From NCBI GenBank assembly GCA_042564205.1, contig JBHPLN010000003.1, forward strand, positions 20,290 to 84,289: a stretch of DNA of 64,000 nt, given 5' to 3'. Positions 29,806-40,663 of the stretch are shown piece by piece; within the stretch, counting starts at the first letter, position 1, and each line of letters begins with the position of its first letter. The translations under genes were made by a program, and so were the position numbers. The DNA is from Fidelibacterota bacterium (GTDB lineage Bacteria; Fidelibacterota; Marinisomatia; Marinisomatales; JAHJCW01). The notes beneath the pieces are model-generated. The model did no database searches and was not told the origin of the DNA. It saw only the letters and a list, made by a program, of their open reading frames with translations.

Positions 29806-31821
29806 TTACTCCGATAAATTTATTTCATCAAAGTTTTCTTTGATTCTCTTATAAATTTTTGCAGATGTAAATCCGAAATGGTCTGCCATCACTGATTCGG
29901 GTGCTGATTCCCCAAAAGTTTCCTGAGAAATTATTAGTCCGTCTTTACCAACAAATTTTTGCCAACCTAATCCTACACCTGCTTCAATACTTACTTTGAG
30001 CTTAGCTTTCCCGTTAAGAATTGAATTTCTATAATTTTCATCCTGAGCAGCAAATAATTCCCAGCTTGGTACTGAAAATAGACGCACAAATAATCCATCA
30101 TTCGCTAGCATTTTTGCAGCTAAGAATGAAGTATTTATTTCAGATCCCGAGGCATATATTTCAACATCAACTTGTTTTTTTAAATCACCGTAAAGTAAAT
30201 ACGCCCCTTTCTTCAAACCTTCGCGTGCAAATTTTTTGGTGCGATCACGGGCTGTTGATTTAACAGGCTGTCGCGTAAAACAGATCGCTACAGGTCCATT
30301 CTGAATTTCCAATGCTTTTGACCAAGCAACCTTTGCTTCATTTTCATCTCCTGGACGAAGCACTGTGAGGTTCGGTATTAATCTTAAAGACATTAAATGT
30401 TCGATCGGCTGATGTGTTGGTCCATCCTGCCCTATTAGAATTGAATCATGCGTGAAAATGTAAATGACTCTTTGTTTCATCATTGCAGACATGCGAATAG
30501 CATTACGTATATAATCAGAGAATACGAGGAATGTGCCGATAACCGGGCGGATCATTCCGTGAAGACTCATTCCATAGGCTGCTGCAGCCATACAAAATTC
30601 CCGAACGCCAAACTTAATTTGCTGATGATTCCAGTTGTTAGGTTGCACAATTTTATTTCCAGGTAACCAGGTGAAATCAACACTTGCAACATCGGCTGAA
30701 CCTGAAATTAAGTAGGGGAGCATTTCAGCGGCTTTTGCGATGATAGCTTCGTTATATTTTCTTGTAGGCTGATCCGAATTGATATCTAAATTCCATATTT
30801 CTTCTTCAAAATCAGTCGGTAATATTTTCTCCGAAAATATATTCCATAGTTTAGCTTTAGAAGAATCATTTGATTTCATTTTTTCATATTGCACGTTCCA
30901 ATTTTTTTCATACTGCTCAAATTTCGACTGCAATCTTTCCATATAGTTCGTCACTTCCTCAGGGATATAAAACGGAGTATTTGACCATCCTATAGCTTTT
31001 TTAAAACCTTCCATTTCAGGACCCAAGAAATTACCGTGACTTTTATTGGAGCCAGCCCTTGTTGGAGAATGTTTTCCTATGATTGTCTTGACAATTATCA
31101 ATGTTGGGCTACGTTTTTCATCCTTTGCGATTTTAAATGCAGTTTCCATTTCTTCAAAATTGTACCCATCAATCTGCATCACATTAAAACCAAATGCTTT
31201 GTATCGTTTAGCAACATCTTCTTTAAAACATTCATCAGTTGGTCCATCTAGGCAAATATCATTGGAATCATATAAAATCACTAAGTTATTCAATCCAAGT
31301 GTACCAGCAAGACTTCCTGCCTCATAACTGATGCCTTCCATCATACAACCATCGCCAGCTAAGATATAAATTTTGGATCCAAACAATTCTTCACCAAATC
31401 TTGCCGCTAACAATTTTTTAGAAATAGCCATGCCAGTTCCAGCAGCTAAGCCTTGACCGAGTGGGCCCGTTGTAACCTCGACACCTGGTGTAATTCCATA
31501 TTCAGGGTGCCCAGGAGTTTTAGAATGAAGCAGACGAAAATCTTTTATATTATCAATTGAAATATTGTATCCGCAAAGATGCAATAGTGCATATTGTAAC
31601 ATAGACCCATGCCCTGCAGACAAAACAAATCTATCACGTCCCATCCAATTCGGATTTTTTGGATTGTGCTTCATTACTTTAGTATAAAGAAATGTTCCTA
31701 CTTCTGCAGCACCTAAAGGTAAGCCGGGATGCCCAGATTTTTGTTGTTCAATAGCGTCAGCCGATAGTGCTCTAACAGTATGGGCAATTTTTTGTAATAT
31801 TTTTTTTTCTATATTATTCAT
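29806..31821 (-). CDS. tkt: Transketolase
   Basis: SGHPG, DRFVLSAGHGS, TPGHPE, GDGCMMEG, FGVREF, THDSI-GQDGPTHQP. Confidence 0.96.
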   Translation of the reverse strand: MNNIEKKILQKIAHTVRALSADAIEQQKSGHPGLPLGAAEVGTFLYTKVMKHNPKNPNWMGRDRFVLSAGHGSMLQYALLHLCGYNISIDNIKDFRLLHSKTPGHPEYGITPGVEVTTGPLGQGLAAGTGMAISKKLLAARFGEELFGSKIYILAGDGCMMEGISYEAGSLAGTLGLNNLVILYDSNDICLDGPTDECFKEDVAKRYKAFGFNVMQIDGYNFEEMETAFKIAKDEKRSPTLIIVKTIIGKHSPTRAGSNKSHGNFLGPEMEGFKKAIGWSNTPFYIPEEVTNYMERLQSKFEQYEKNWNVQYEKMKSNDSSKAKLWNIFSEKILPTDFEEEIWNLDINSDQPTRKYNEAIIAKAAEMLPYLISGSADVASVDFTWLPGNKIVQPNNWNHQQIKFGVREFCMAAAAYGMSLHGMIRPVIGTFLVFSDYIRNAIRMSAMMKQRVIYIFTHDSILIGQDGPTHQPIEHLMSLRLIPNLTVLRPGDENEAKVAWSKALEIQNGPVAICFTRQPVKSTARDRTKKFAREGLKKGAYLLYGDLKKQVDVEIYASGSEINTSFLAAKMLANDGLFVRLFSVPSWELFAAQDENYRNSILNGKAKLKVSIEAGVGLGWQKFVGKDGLIISQETFGESAPESVMADHFGFTSAKIYKRIKENFDEINLSE

Positions 31822-31834
31822 TTATTCTGTTTCT

Positions 31835-33157
31835 TTAAAATATGTTCTTGACAATTTCAACAATTGACTGCACTGATTTTATTGTTCCCCAAATTGCAAG
31901 CACAAATAAAAAAGCCATAAGAACATTTTCCCACCATTTATTTTTATATTTCGGTCCAATCAAACGGGAGCTTGCGGTAATCCACCATAGCCCACCAGCC
32001 AATGCTGGAATAAGCAGCACCATACTTGTATTGGCCAATAAAGTCAATGTGACAAAATCTGCTTTGTTAATAGCTATCCAACCAAGTGGAGAAATAAAAA
32101 TCCAAATTGCAATATATTTATATATAGGTTGTTCTTTATAATCTATAGCTGTTTTAGCACCATTTCGATTTTTCCATCGATGAAATGCATGACTTCCAAG
32201 ATAACCAAGCCCAAGTCCGTTACCAAGTAGTGATGTGTAAACTGCAGCAAACATACCCAACAGAAAAAGAATTCTACCGCTATCTCCTAAAACAATGCTG
32301 AGAAGATAAGTGAGATCATCTAGCGTTTCAATTGGTTTCCCACCGGCATGGACAAGTTCTGCACCTAATGTCCAAACAGCCAAATTAAAAATGATCATTG
32401 CAAAAATGGCTAAAGTAAAATCATATGTTTGCAAGCGTCGATATTTTGGCCCTATCCAGCCTTTTTGTTCTAAAAAATAAGGATATACAAGATTCATCAA
32501 AGATCCACCTACAGCGCCTATCATAGCCATTGCAACTGCCATGGCACCGAATGGTCCTTGTTGAGCAGGAAGTTGAAATGTGAATGTACCTTTCAATATC
32601 CCAGTAATATTGGGACCAACCCATATTGCAGTACCTACTAATGAAACTGTTAATAAAATTAAGAATAACTTAAATACTAACTCAGCACGACTATAAATAG
32701 GCCGGAAAACGATGATCAAACCAATCACAACCCAAAATATTGCCCATTGCAATGTGCTACCAACTCCAGTAATCCGTATCATCGTTTCACCAACACCAGC
32801 AAGTAAATAAGTACCATTAATGTGTCCGACAACAAACACTACAATTAAAAGAAAGGGAGCGAATAATGGATGTAACCTAACTAAACCATCCAAAACTCCT
32901 TCATTATGTTGGTTACAGAGTTGATATTTTGCAATGGTTGTTACAAAAAAGAAGCGCAACAAAAGTGCAAAAACCATTGCCCACATCAAGGCATAACCAT
33001 AATTTCCTCCAGAAACACCTGCAGAAATAATATCACCCGAACCAAGCCAGGTTAGAATAATTACAAAACCAGGGCCAAATGATTTTAGGTATCCAAAAAA
33101 TGTTGTGGGGATAGCCGCCGTTTTAATTTGAGCTCCGTTTTCATTCGAATCGTTCAT
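31835..33157 (-). CDS. NRAMP-superfamily-like transporter without the DPGN motif
   Basis: GPGF...WLGSGD...GGNYGYALMW, about 11 TM segments. Confidence 0.75.
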   Translation of the reverse strand: MNDSNENGAQIKTAAIPTTFFGYLKSFGPGFVIILTWLGSGDIISAGVSGGNYGYALMWAMVFALLLRFFFVTTIAKYQLCNQHNEGVLDGLVRLHPLFAPFLLIVVFVVGHINGTYLLAGVGETMIRITGVGSTLQWAIFWVVIGLIIVFRPIYSRAELVFKLFLILLTVSLVGTAIWVGPNITGILKGTFTFQLPAQQGPFGAMAVAMAMIGAVGGSLMNLVYPYFLEQKGWIGPKYRRLQTYDFTLAIFAMIIFNLAVWTLGAELVHAGGKPIETLDDLTYLLSIVLGDSGRILFLLGMFAAVYTSLLGNGLGLGYLGSHAFHRWKNRNGAKTAIDYKEQPIYKYIAIWIFISPLGWIAINKADFVTLTLLANTSMVLLIPALAGGLWWITASSRLIGPKYKNKWWENVLMAFLFVLAIWGTIKSVQSIVEIVKNIF

Positions 33158-33277
33158 AAAACACCTTTGTTAATAATTCCAGAAACGTATAATAATGCAA
33201 TTGCGAAATAAAAATCTGAAAATCCCACTTTATTGATTTCAATCTCCCTTTATTAATTGTTTAGGTCATTTTATTAT

Positions 33278-34972
33278 TTAATTACTATTTAATAAATAAT
33301 TTGATATTACTTTAATTGTATCATTCATCTTGATATCTATTTCTAAATCACCCCAAATAGATATCAAATTCTTATCTATATTTGAAATAACACCCCAATT
33401 ATTATCAATATTTACTATTCTTCCTTTTGAAACTAGATGGCTAATTGGCTGTTCAACCTCTACAACGGTTTGAAAACTATTTTCATTAAAAAACGAGTCG
33501 ATAACGTTTAATTCAACACTATCGTCAACAAATTGAACTTCCTCAGTTGAGTTATTGAGAATCATTTCTGTCTTATCAATCTTGTTATCTACAAATTCAA
33601 CTTCACTACCTTTTCCGGATTGTAATTCAATCTTACCATCATTTTTTTGAATAATATTATTTTCAATTACAGAAGGAATAAAATAATCAAAATTGTTTCT
33701 ATAATGGATGCTGCTCTTGCCTATATTGTGCATAATAATATTCTGCCTTAACTCCATAAAAGAATCGACACTTTGAACAGCGCCACCCGAAAGATTTTCC
33801 ACAATAAAGTTACCGGTAATTTTAGCACGACCTTCCTTACTTAATCTTATTCCACCAACCCCATTTCCAAGTGTTCTATTACCAGCTATGAAATTATTAG
33901 ATATGGTAGCATATCCTAATTTCATCACATATATCCCACCACCATCGTCATCTGATGTATTTCCTAGTATCCAATTATTTTTAATATAGGGATATGAAAA
34001 ATATTCACTATAAATACCACCGGCATCACTCCGTCCTTTAGCTTGATTATTTACAACAATATTACTTTCAATTATTGGTCTTGCTTCGAAAGCACAGGAG
34101 ATCGCACCTCCATTGCTACTACGTGTTCTATTTGTATCCGTAATACCCGATATATTTCCAATAAATACATTATTTTTTACTAATGGTTGCAAACCACCAG
34201 TGATAGTATTATCCAACACCTCGGTAGGAGGAGCACCTTCTTTACGATACCAACCATAAAACGCTATACCTGCACCATTCCCAATTGAAGTTTTATTTTT
34301 ATAAAAAACATTATTCCTAATAATCGGGACAGAGTTGAACATGCTTGCAATACCCGCTCCGTGATATCCATCTTGATGAATCCTATTATAATTAAATTCT
34401 AATGGTTCAGAAACACAATTATTAACTATAAAACAATTACTGATCGTGGGGGATGCATCATCGCATAATATTCCTCCTCCGTGTGATTTGGCAAACCCGT
34501 TTGTAATAACAAATCCATCTACACGGGCATTATCAGCACCGATAATAACTCTATTCTTCTTATTCCCATCTAATATGGTAGAATACTTATGTATATCTCT
34601 CTCCCAAGTATTTGGATTGAATCCACCATATAAATCAACATAAGGTTTTAAGCCGAAAGTACCTTCAAGATATTTCCCTTTTGCAACATATAATGCCGAA
34701 TAATTGACATGCATTTTATTATTGATCGCATAATTAATGGTCTTCCAAGGATTACTCTTAGACCCATCACCCTCATTATCTGATCCTGTTGATTGGGAAA
34801 CATAGAATATTTTTGAATAGCTATCCTCTTTAATAATTTCAGTTGATGGTCCAATATCATCTATATTGTTCTTAATTGATTGACCAACTGTAGGACTGAT
34901 AAAAAAAATAAAAGATAGAGAAATGGTTAATAGTATTTTAGTACGAATATTATTTTTATGAAATTCTAACAT
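33278..34972 (-). CDS. Secreted right-handed beta-helix protein (DUF1565/pectin-lyase-like)
   Basis: FYVS..GSD..GDGSKSNPWKTI; repeated N..GGGI/GGAI motifs. Confidence 0.8.
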   Translation of the reverse strand: MLEFHKNNIRTKILLTISLSFIFFISPTVGQSIKNNIDDIGPSTEIIKEDSYSKIFYVSQSTGSDNEGDGSKSNPWKTINYAINNKMHVNYSALYVAKGKYLEGTFGLKPYVDLYGGFNPNTWERDIHKYSTILDGNKKNRVIIGADNARVDGFVITNGFAKSHGGGILCDDASPTISNCFIVNNCVSEPLEFNYNRIHQDGYHGAGIASMFNSVPIIRNNVFYKNKTSIGNGAGIAFYGWYRKEGAPPTEVLDNTITGGLQPLVKNNVFIGNISGITDTNRTRSSNGGAISCAFEARPIIESNIVVNNQAKGRSDAGGIYSEYFSYPYIKNNWILGNTSDDDGGGIYVMKLGYATISNNFIAGNRTLGNGVGGIRLSKEGRAKITGNFIVENLSGGAVQSVDSFMELRQNIIMHNIGKSSIHYRNNFDYFIPSVIENNIIQKNDGKIELQSGKGSEVEFVDNKIDKTEMILNNSTEEVQFVDDSVELNVIDSFFNENSFQTVVEVEQPISHLVSKGRIVNIDNNWGVISNIDKNLISIWGDLEIDIKMNDTIKVISNYLLNSN

Positions 34973-34975
34973 ATT

Positions 34976-37816
34976 TTAATTCTCTTCTTTTAAAATAATT
35001 TCCACCTTATCCACAACTGGCGCTTTTGAACCATTTTTTATATCAAAAGTAATTTGGTATTGCATCCATTCACCATACTGATGCCGAATTTTTTGATTAT
35101 TTTTAGAATAGTACGAATCTCTACCATTCGGACCATACCATTTTGCTTTTTCTAATCCATCTACTGAATCAGCAAAACGTAATTGAAATTTGATATTCTT
35201 GTTAGCTGCATCCCCATCATTCCAAACTAAAATATCGGGATGTTTATCACCAAAATTGTAAGCTGATGATATATATTTAAATAGTGGTTTTCTATCATTT
35301 ATATTTCCTATATCAACGCCCATATCATAATGTGCTCCAATACTTGGCAATTTTTGGGAGTTGTCAGGAGAAAATCCTTTTTTGCTACCCCAGTACAAAA
35401 CTGAGTTTACATGATGATCTCCAAACTTCTTGATCTCATCATAACTTCCATCCGCACGATGACAATAAAAAAAGACATCTTGATAGCCATCCTGATTGAA
35501 ATCGCACACCAGGGATCCTGTAGCACCATCGGTTGGAAGTTCAATTCTGTCTGATGTATCAAACCCATTTTTACTTCCCAAAAAAATTGTTGAGAACCAG
35601 CTTCGCCTGCCCTCACCTCTATAAAAAGGACAAACCAAATCGAGCCAATCATCGCCATTCACGTCAGCAATTGTCATCGTCTTTGCCTGCACGGGTAATT
35701 TAATAGGTTCATCAAATTTATATTTTTTATTCTGAAAATAGATTAGAGCATTTGTGTTATGGGCAAATGCAATGTCTAGCAAACCATCTTTATTCAAATC
35801 GGCAACACCAGGACTTCCCGTTCCCATACTTTTAGGAAGTTGCAACGATTTATAAATATTATATTCACGTGAACCATCACCATAAAAGATGGTAGCTAAA
35901 CCACCCTTCATTTGATTTCCAAATACTAAATCTAAATTTCCGTCATTATTGATGTCACAAACGGTAGCAGAGCGTGTTAATTCGATTGGTAGTACTGTTC
36001 TGTCCATAACCGGCCATTCATTTTTATAGCCCCAATAAATAAACGATCCTTCACTAGATTTATTCGGTATATTTCGAGGATTTCCGTTAGAGACAATGAT
36101 ATCAAGATACCCATCCTTATCAAGGTCTGCAACTTGTACTCCAAGACCATTATAACTTGGTAAACCAGTTATACTCCAATTATTAAATTTTCCATCTTCA
36201 TTCCAATAAATCCAAACCTCATTTGCTAATCGATTCACTTCTCCCCTATTTACTATTAATATATCAACATCACCGTCATTATCAAGATCTGCAAATGCTT
36301 GCTCATATGCCTCGCGCCCAACTAACTCTGTTCGTTCATCTACACTAAATCCACCATCATTTTGACCAAAGTATAAATAAGACGGATCATATCCACCTCT
36401 GGAATTCCCCATCATGGATGTAATAAGAATATCCAAGTAACCATCACCATTAAAATCGGTAATGCAATTCCCCTGAGCACCATGTTCATATAAATTTGTT
36501 CGCATGGTCTGTTTAAATCCTTCAGGTCCATTCCAATAGATAAATGATGGTACTTCGTACGAATAATGCTCTTGAAAATTGCATATCAACAAATCTATCC
36601 AGCCATCATCGTTCAAATCGGCGGCATTAGCACCCCAGGCACCGATAGTCTGAATGGAATGTCGATTTTCCTTACTAAATCCTTCTGACGAACCATAATA
36701 AATGAAAGAATCAATTAATCGATTGGCTAGGTTTGGATTTCCTGTTATTGAAAATTGATGATTCGAGAAGAAAACATCCGTAAATCCATCCTGGTTAAAA
36801 TCTTCAATCACTGCATCTTTTGCAGTAAAGGTTTCAAAATCAATTCTTTGTGCATCATCAAACGCGCCATCAATATTAAGATAGGCAGATGATATGTCAC
36901 CTTTCTCAAACGCAAAGACTATATCTATAGCACCGTCATTATTTATATCGCCAAGCTCAACTGCATTGGCGCTAATTGTGGGTAATTTGGTCAATCTACT
37001 ATTATCAAATCCTTCTACAGCTCCATAATAGATAAAAGAATATCCTCCAGTGCTATTGGCAAAAACAAGGTCCAGCCAGCCATCTGAGTTCAGATCGGCG
37101 CTAGCTACATCCGTTGCACTGGCAGTGCTTATATTGGTAAAATTATTTGACGAAAAATCATTTTCATTCCCCCAATAAATTCGTGAGATGGATGTACTTT
37201 CTTTTGATTTATCCCTATACTCCCAAAAACCTCCAGAAAATGCCAATACAATATCTTTGTAGCCATCATTGTTATAATCTCCGGTAATGGCTTTCTGTGC
37301 ATTGGAACTAGGTAAACCTAATCTCTTCTTGAAAGGATAATGTGCCCATTCCTTGGTGTTAATTCGATCACTTTTCTCGAGGCCGCCATAATAAACAAAA
37401 GATTCCATTTCTGTCCATGTTCCGTTTGAGTAGTTGGCGACTACAATATCCATTTCACCATCATTATTCAAATCATCAGCTGTGACCCACATCGGACCAT
37501 TGGCAGGTATATAGCTATGATTTTTGATGCTGAAATCTTTCCCATTTCCCCAGTAGATGGACATATCTAGCATTTCTACCAAACTATGTGAATTGACACA
37601 CAGTATGTCGATATATCCATCAGTATTTACATCCCACCTATTTATTGGTTGTATCAGTCCATTATGTGAGATATACATATTCGCACCGGAATCATCAAAT
37701 GTTCCGTCAATAAAATCCTCAAAGGAATTTTCAACCCATATATCGGATTGCGCAATAAGTTCTGTTGAAATAATGAGAATTGCATAAATGAATAAGAACA
37801 TGTGTCGAACAGTCAT
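34976..37816 (-). CDS. Secreted FG-GAP/VCBS-repeat protein B
   Basis: Signal peptide; more than 12 DxNxDGxxD repeats, each followed by IYWG/YYG-type motifs. Confidence 0.85.
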   Translation of the reverse strand: MTVRHMFLFIYAILIISTELIAQSDIWVENSFEDFIDGTFDDSGANMYISHNGLIQPINRWDVNTDGYIDILCVNSHSLVEMLDMSIYWGNGKDFSIKNHSYIPANGPMWVTADDLNNDGEMDIVVANYSNGTWTEMESFVYYGGLEKSDRINTKEWAHYPFKKRLGLPSSNAQKAITGDYNNDGYKDIVLAFSGGFWEYRDKSKESTSISRIYWGNENDFSSNNFTNISTASATDVASADLNSDGWLDLVFANSTGGYSFIYYGAVEGFDNSRLTKLPTISANAVELGDINNDGAIDIVFAFEKGDISSAYLNIDGAFDDAQRIDFETFTAKDAVIEDFNQDGFTDVFFSNHQFSITGNPNLANRLIDSFIYYGSSEGFSKENRHSIQTIGAWGANAADLNDDGWIDLLICNFQEHYSYEVPSFIYWNGPEGFKQTMRTNLYEHGAQGNCITDFNGDGYLDILITSMMGNSRGGYDPSYLYFGQNDGGFSVDERTELVGREAYEQAFADLDNDGDVDILIVNRGEVNRLANEVWIYWNEDGKFNNWSITGLPSYNGLGVQVADLDKDGYLDIIVSNGNPRNIPNKSSEGSFIYWGYKNEWPVMDRTVLPIELTRSATVCDINNDGNLDLVFGNQMKGGLATIFYGDGSREYNIYKSLQLPKSMGTGSPGVADLNKDGLLDIAFAHNTNALIYFQNKKYKFDEPIKLPVQAKTMTIADVNGDDWLDLVCPFYRGEGRRSWFSTIFLGSKNGFDTSDRIELPTDGATGSLVCDFNQDGYQDVFFYCHRADGSYDEIKKFGDHHVNSVLYWGSKKGFSPDNSQKLPSIGAHYDMGVDIGNINDRKPLFKYISSAYNFGDKHPDILVWNDGDAANKNIKFQLRFADSVDGLEKAKWYGPNGRDSYYSKNNQKIRHQYGEWMQYQITFDIKNGSKAPVVDKVEIILKEEN

Positions 37817-37837
37817 AGCAGGTTCCTGAGCAATATA

Positions 37838-40648
37838 TTATTCAAATTTAATCGAGACCGATGTCAAATACGGTGTGAAGCCACCATTGGGTGTTATCAG
37901 TCTAGCTCTGTATTGTATCCAACGCTTATTAATGCCTATTATCTTCGAATCTTTCCTTGTAAACCATGTCTCTTCTCCTCCTGGTCCTTCCCATTCGGTA
38001 GAAGCCAGATTGCTCTCCGAACCGGCAGACCTCACTTGGAACTTAACCGATGTCCCCAGGGGCGTTTCCGCTTCCCAAGTGATTGAGACAGGTTTTTCGT
38101 TATTCCTCATTTTATAAGCTGAGGAGACATAGTCTTCATACAAACCGCGGTCGTAACTGTTACCGACATCTCGTAAATTAAGACCACTAGGTCCAATCCC
38201 TTCTACTTCCCATCGCCAGTCATCCGAAAAACCATCAGGACCACCCCAATAGAGCATTGAAGAAGTCGTATGCTTGTGAGGACGGGGTTTTATAATCGAT
38301 CCTGCTTTACGATGATTGGCAACGAACAAGTCAATCCATCCGTCACCGTCATAATCCACTGATTCTGATCCTGAGGCACCGTAAGTGTGCAATTCTGTAC
38401 TAGGTCCCTCAAGAAATCCATTCTTACTACCCCAATGAATCACAGAAGGCCGATTCCCTGAAAGATCCGTACCATAACTTGCCATGAAGATATCCAACCA
38501 CCCGTTTTTGTCAAAATCGGCAATACTGTTCTGGTAGGGCATATTGGCTTCAATTTGAATTCGGTTTTCATTTGAAAAACCTTTTGCGGAACCATAATAA
38601 ATAAAAGAGGTATTTACTTTCCCGTGCGGCCTTCGTTTGGGAAGAAGTAGGTCCAACCACCCGTCCTTATTAAAATCGGCTCCTTTGAGATACATCAGAT
38701 GATCGGATCGTCCCAAATCGATCTCCTGAAAACGGTCATCGGAGAAACCAATAGATTCCCCCCACCAAATATTAATCTTGCCGTCTTCTGCCTGTCCCGC
38801 GATATCCAGCCATCCATCCCGGTTCAAGTCCATTACTAGGGGACCTCGTAAGCCCTTTTCTTTGTCATGATGAATCAGAGATCTGTTAGAATTACTGAAA
38901 CCGTTAGGTGATCCCCAGAAAATAGGAATGCCGAATTTTTCAGGATCCTTTAGATCGATACAGGCACCACCGGCAAGCACATCTAGGTATCCGTCCTTGT
39001 TGATATCTGCGACACGTACACCACCGTATGCCGTGATCATAGTCAAGTGGGATGACCTGGTATATCCGTCAGATCCACCCCATTGTAAACTTAGTCCACT
39101 CTGTTCATGGGATATACGGTGAACAAAGCGCTCATGAGAAAAAATAAGATCAACATACCCATCATCATCCAGATCAGCATGTCCCTGTCCAAAGATGTGG
39201 TTGGTCGAAAATTTAGTACTTCGTTCTTTTGAAAAATTTCGCGTACCGTCACCCCAAAGCACATATGTGGTTGTAGGACCGTCCCTAAAACCACCTTCTT
39301 CATTGAAAAAGAGCACATCAGGAAGATTATCATTGTTTATATCGCCTATGGTTGTTCCCAGTGGACCTCGCGTTGGTAATTGCGTGTGATTTCCAAAATA
39401 AAGGTGTCCTCCGTCATTCCAGTACACGTATGAGCTAATACTGAGATGGTTCGTGACTCTTTGGTTACTGAAAACAACTTCAGGGAATCCATCACCATTC
39501 AGGTCGGCCGCGTCAACACCTGTTGCACCCATAGTCGGCAATTTCATGATTCTCGGATTGGACAAATCCTCGCTGTTAAAAAAGAAAACATAGGAATCGA
39601 TCCAGGTCGCACCTTCGAATGTAGCATGATTGGCAACAATAACATCGTCGTACCCGTTCTGGTCCACATCCGAAAGTGTGACATCCCAAGGGTAAGAAAC
39701 TTTTAACCTAACAGCATTTTCTAGCCCATAACCATTCTTGTTTCCAAGCAGTAATACAACTTCTTTATCAGAGCAGACAACAATATCTTTAAACATATCA
39801 CCATTGATATCCCCTGTTGACAACGCCCTGCCCTTTAAAGGAATAATCTCTCTATTATCGGGATTTGTAATACCATCCCTGCTTGAATAAAGTATAACAA
39901 GATTTCCACCTGCAAGGGCCGCCAAATCCTGAACACCATCATTATTTAGATCCGCTGTAGCAAAAACATTTGCACCTTGTCCTTCGAATATTAGAGGCAA
40001 GCGATTATCGTGCCTAAATCCATTAGGTGAATTCCAGTAAATAAAACTCATTATCGGACCTTCGGGCTCAACAACAGTTCCAGCTTGCCATTGACAAGCA
40101 ATAGCTAAATCAATCCAGTCATCATCATTAAAATCTCCCAGTACGACCGAATTCCCCTTGTAGGCAGGCAATGTCATCCGATTCTCCGGTGAGAATCCCT
40201 CTGCCGAGCCGTACCAGATCCATGAATTTACACGGCTGAAATGGCTATCAGCCGCATTAGCAATCACCAGATCGTTGTATCCATCTTTATTTAAATCTGC
40301 AACCTGACCGTCTCTAGATCCACCTCCCGTCAGTTCTATGCGTGATCGTCCATCAATATCTACGCCATTATTCAGATAAATGAAAAGGTTCTCTTTCTCC
40401 GTGTGGCCATGACCTGCAGGCAGCAGGATATCCAAGAATCCATCATTGTTAAAATCCCATCTATTTATCATTTGGATCCTTCCAGCTTTTGATACATAAC
40501 AATTGCTTCCAGCATCAGTAAATTTTCCATCTATAAAATCCTCAAAAGAATCCTCGCGCCATTCTGACTGTGCTTGAACTAAGAATCCACTGAAAAAAAA
40601 CATTATTAGTACAAAAATAAATTGGGATTTCTTTATCGCTGAATTCAT
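37838..40648 (-). CDS. Secreted FG-GAP/VCBS-repeat protein A (paralogue of B)
   Basis: Same repeats; shared N-terminus SFEDFIDG.F.D.G.N.Y.S..G.IQ.INRWD and C-terminal W.GP.G...W.QY. Confidence 0.85.
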   Translation of the reverse strand: MNSAIKKSQFIFVLIMFFFSGFLVQAQSEWREDSFEDFIDGKFTDAGSNCYVSKAGRIQMINRWDFNNDGFLDILLPAGHGHTEKENLFIYLNNGVDIDGRSRIELTGGGSRDGQVADLNKDGYNDLVIANAADSHFSRVNSWIWYGSAEGFSPENRMTLPAYKGNSVVLGDFNDDDWIDLAIACQWQAGTVVEPEGPIMSFIYWNSPNGFRHDNRLPLIFEGQGANVFATADLNNDGVQDLAALAGGNLVILYSSRDGITNPDNREIIPLKGRALSTGDINGDMFKDIVVCSDKEVVLLLGNKNGYGLENAVRLKVSYPWDVTLSDVDQNGYDDVIVANHATFEGATWIDSYVFFFNSEDLSNPRIMKLPTMGATGVDAADLNGDGFPEVVFSNQRVTNHLSISSYVYWNDGGHLYFGNHTQLPTRGPLGTTIGDINNDNLPDVLFFNEEGGFRDGPTTTYVLWGDGTRNFSKERSTKFSTNHIFGQGHADLDDDGYVDLIFSHERFVHRISHEQSGLSLQWGGSDGYTRSSHLTMITAYGGVRVADINKDGYLDVLAGGACIDLKDPEKFGIPIFWGSPNGFSNSNRSLIHHDKEKGLRGPLVMDLNRDGWLDIAGQAEDGKINIWWGESIGFSDDRFQEIDLGRSDHLMYLKGADFNKDGWLDLLLPKRRPHGKVNTSFIYYGSAKGFSNENRIQIEANMPYQNSIADFDKNGWLDIFMASYGTDLSGNRPSVIHWGSKNGFLEGPSTELHTYGASGSESVDYDGDGWIDLFVANHRKAGSIIKPRPHKHTTSSMLYWGGPDGFSDDWRWEVEGIGPSGLNLRDVGNSYDRGLYEDYVSSAYKMRNNEKPVSITWEAETPLGTSVKFQVRSAGSESNLASTEWEGPGGEETWFTRKDSKIIGINKRWIQYRARLITPNGGFTPYLTSVSIKFE

Positions 40649-40663
40649 CTAAAAATTCCACAT

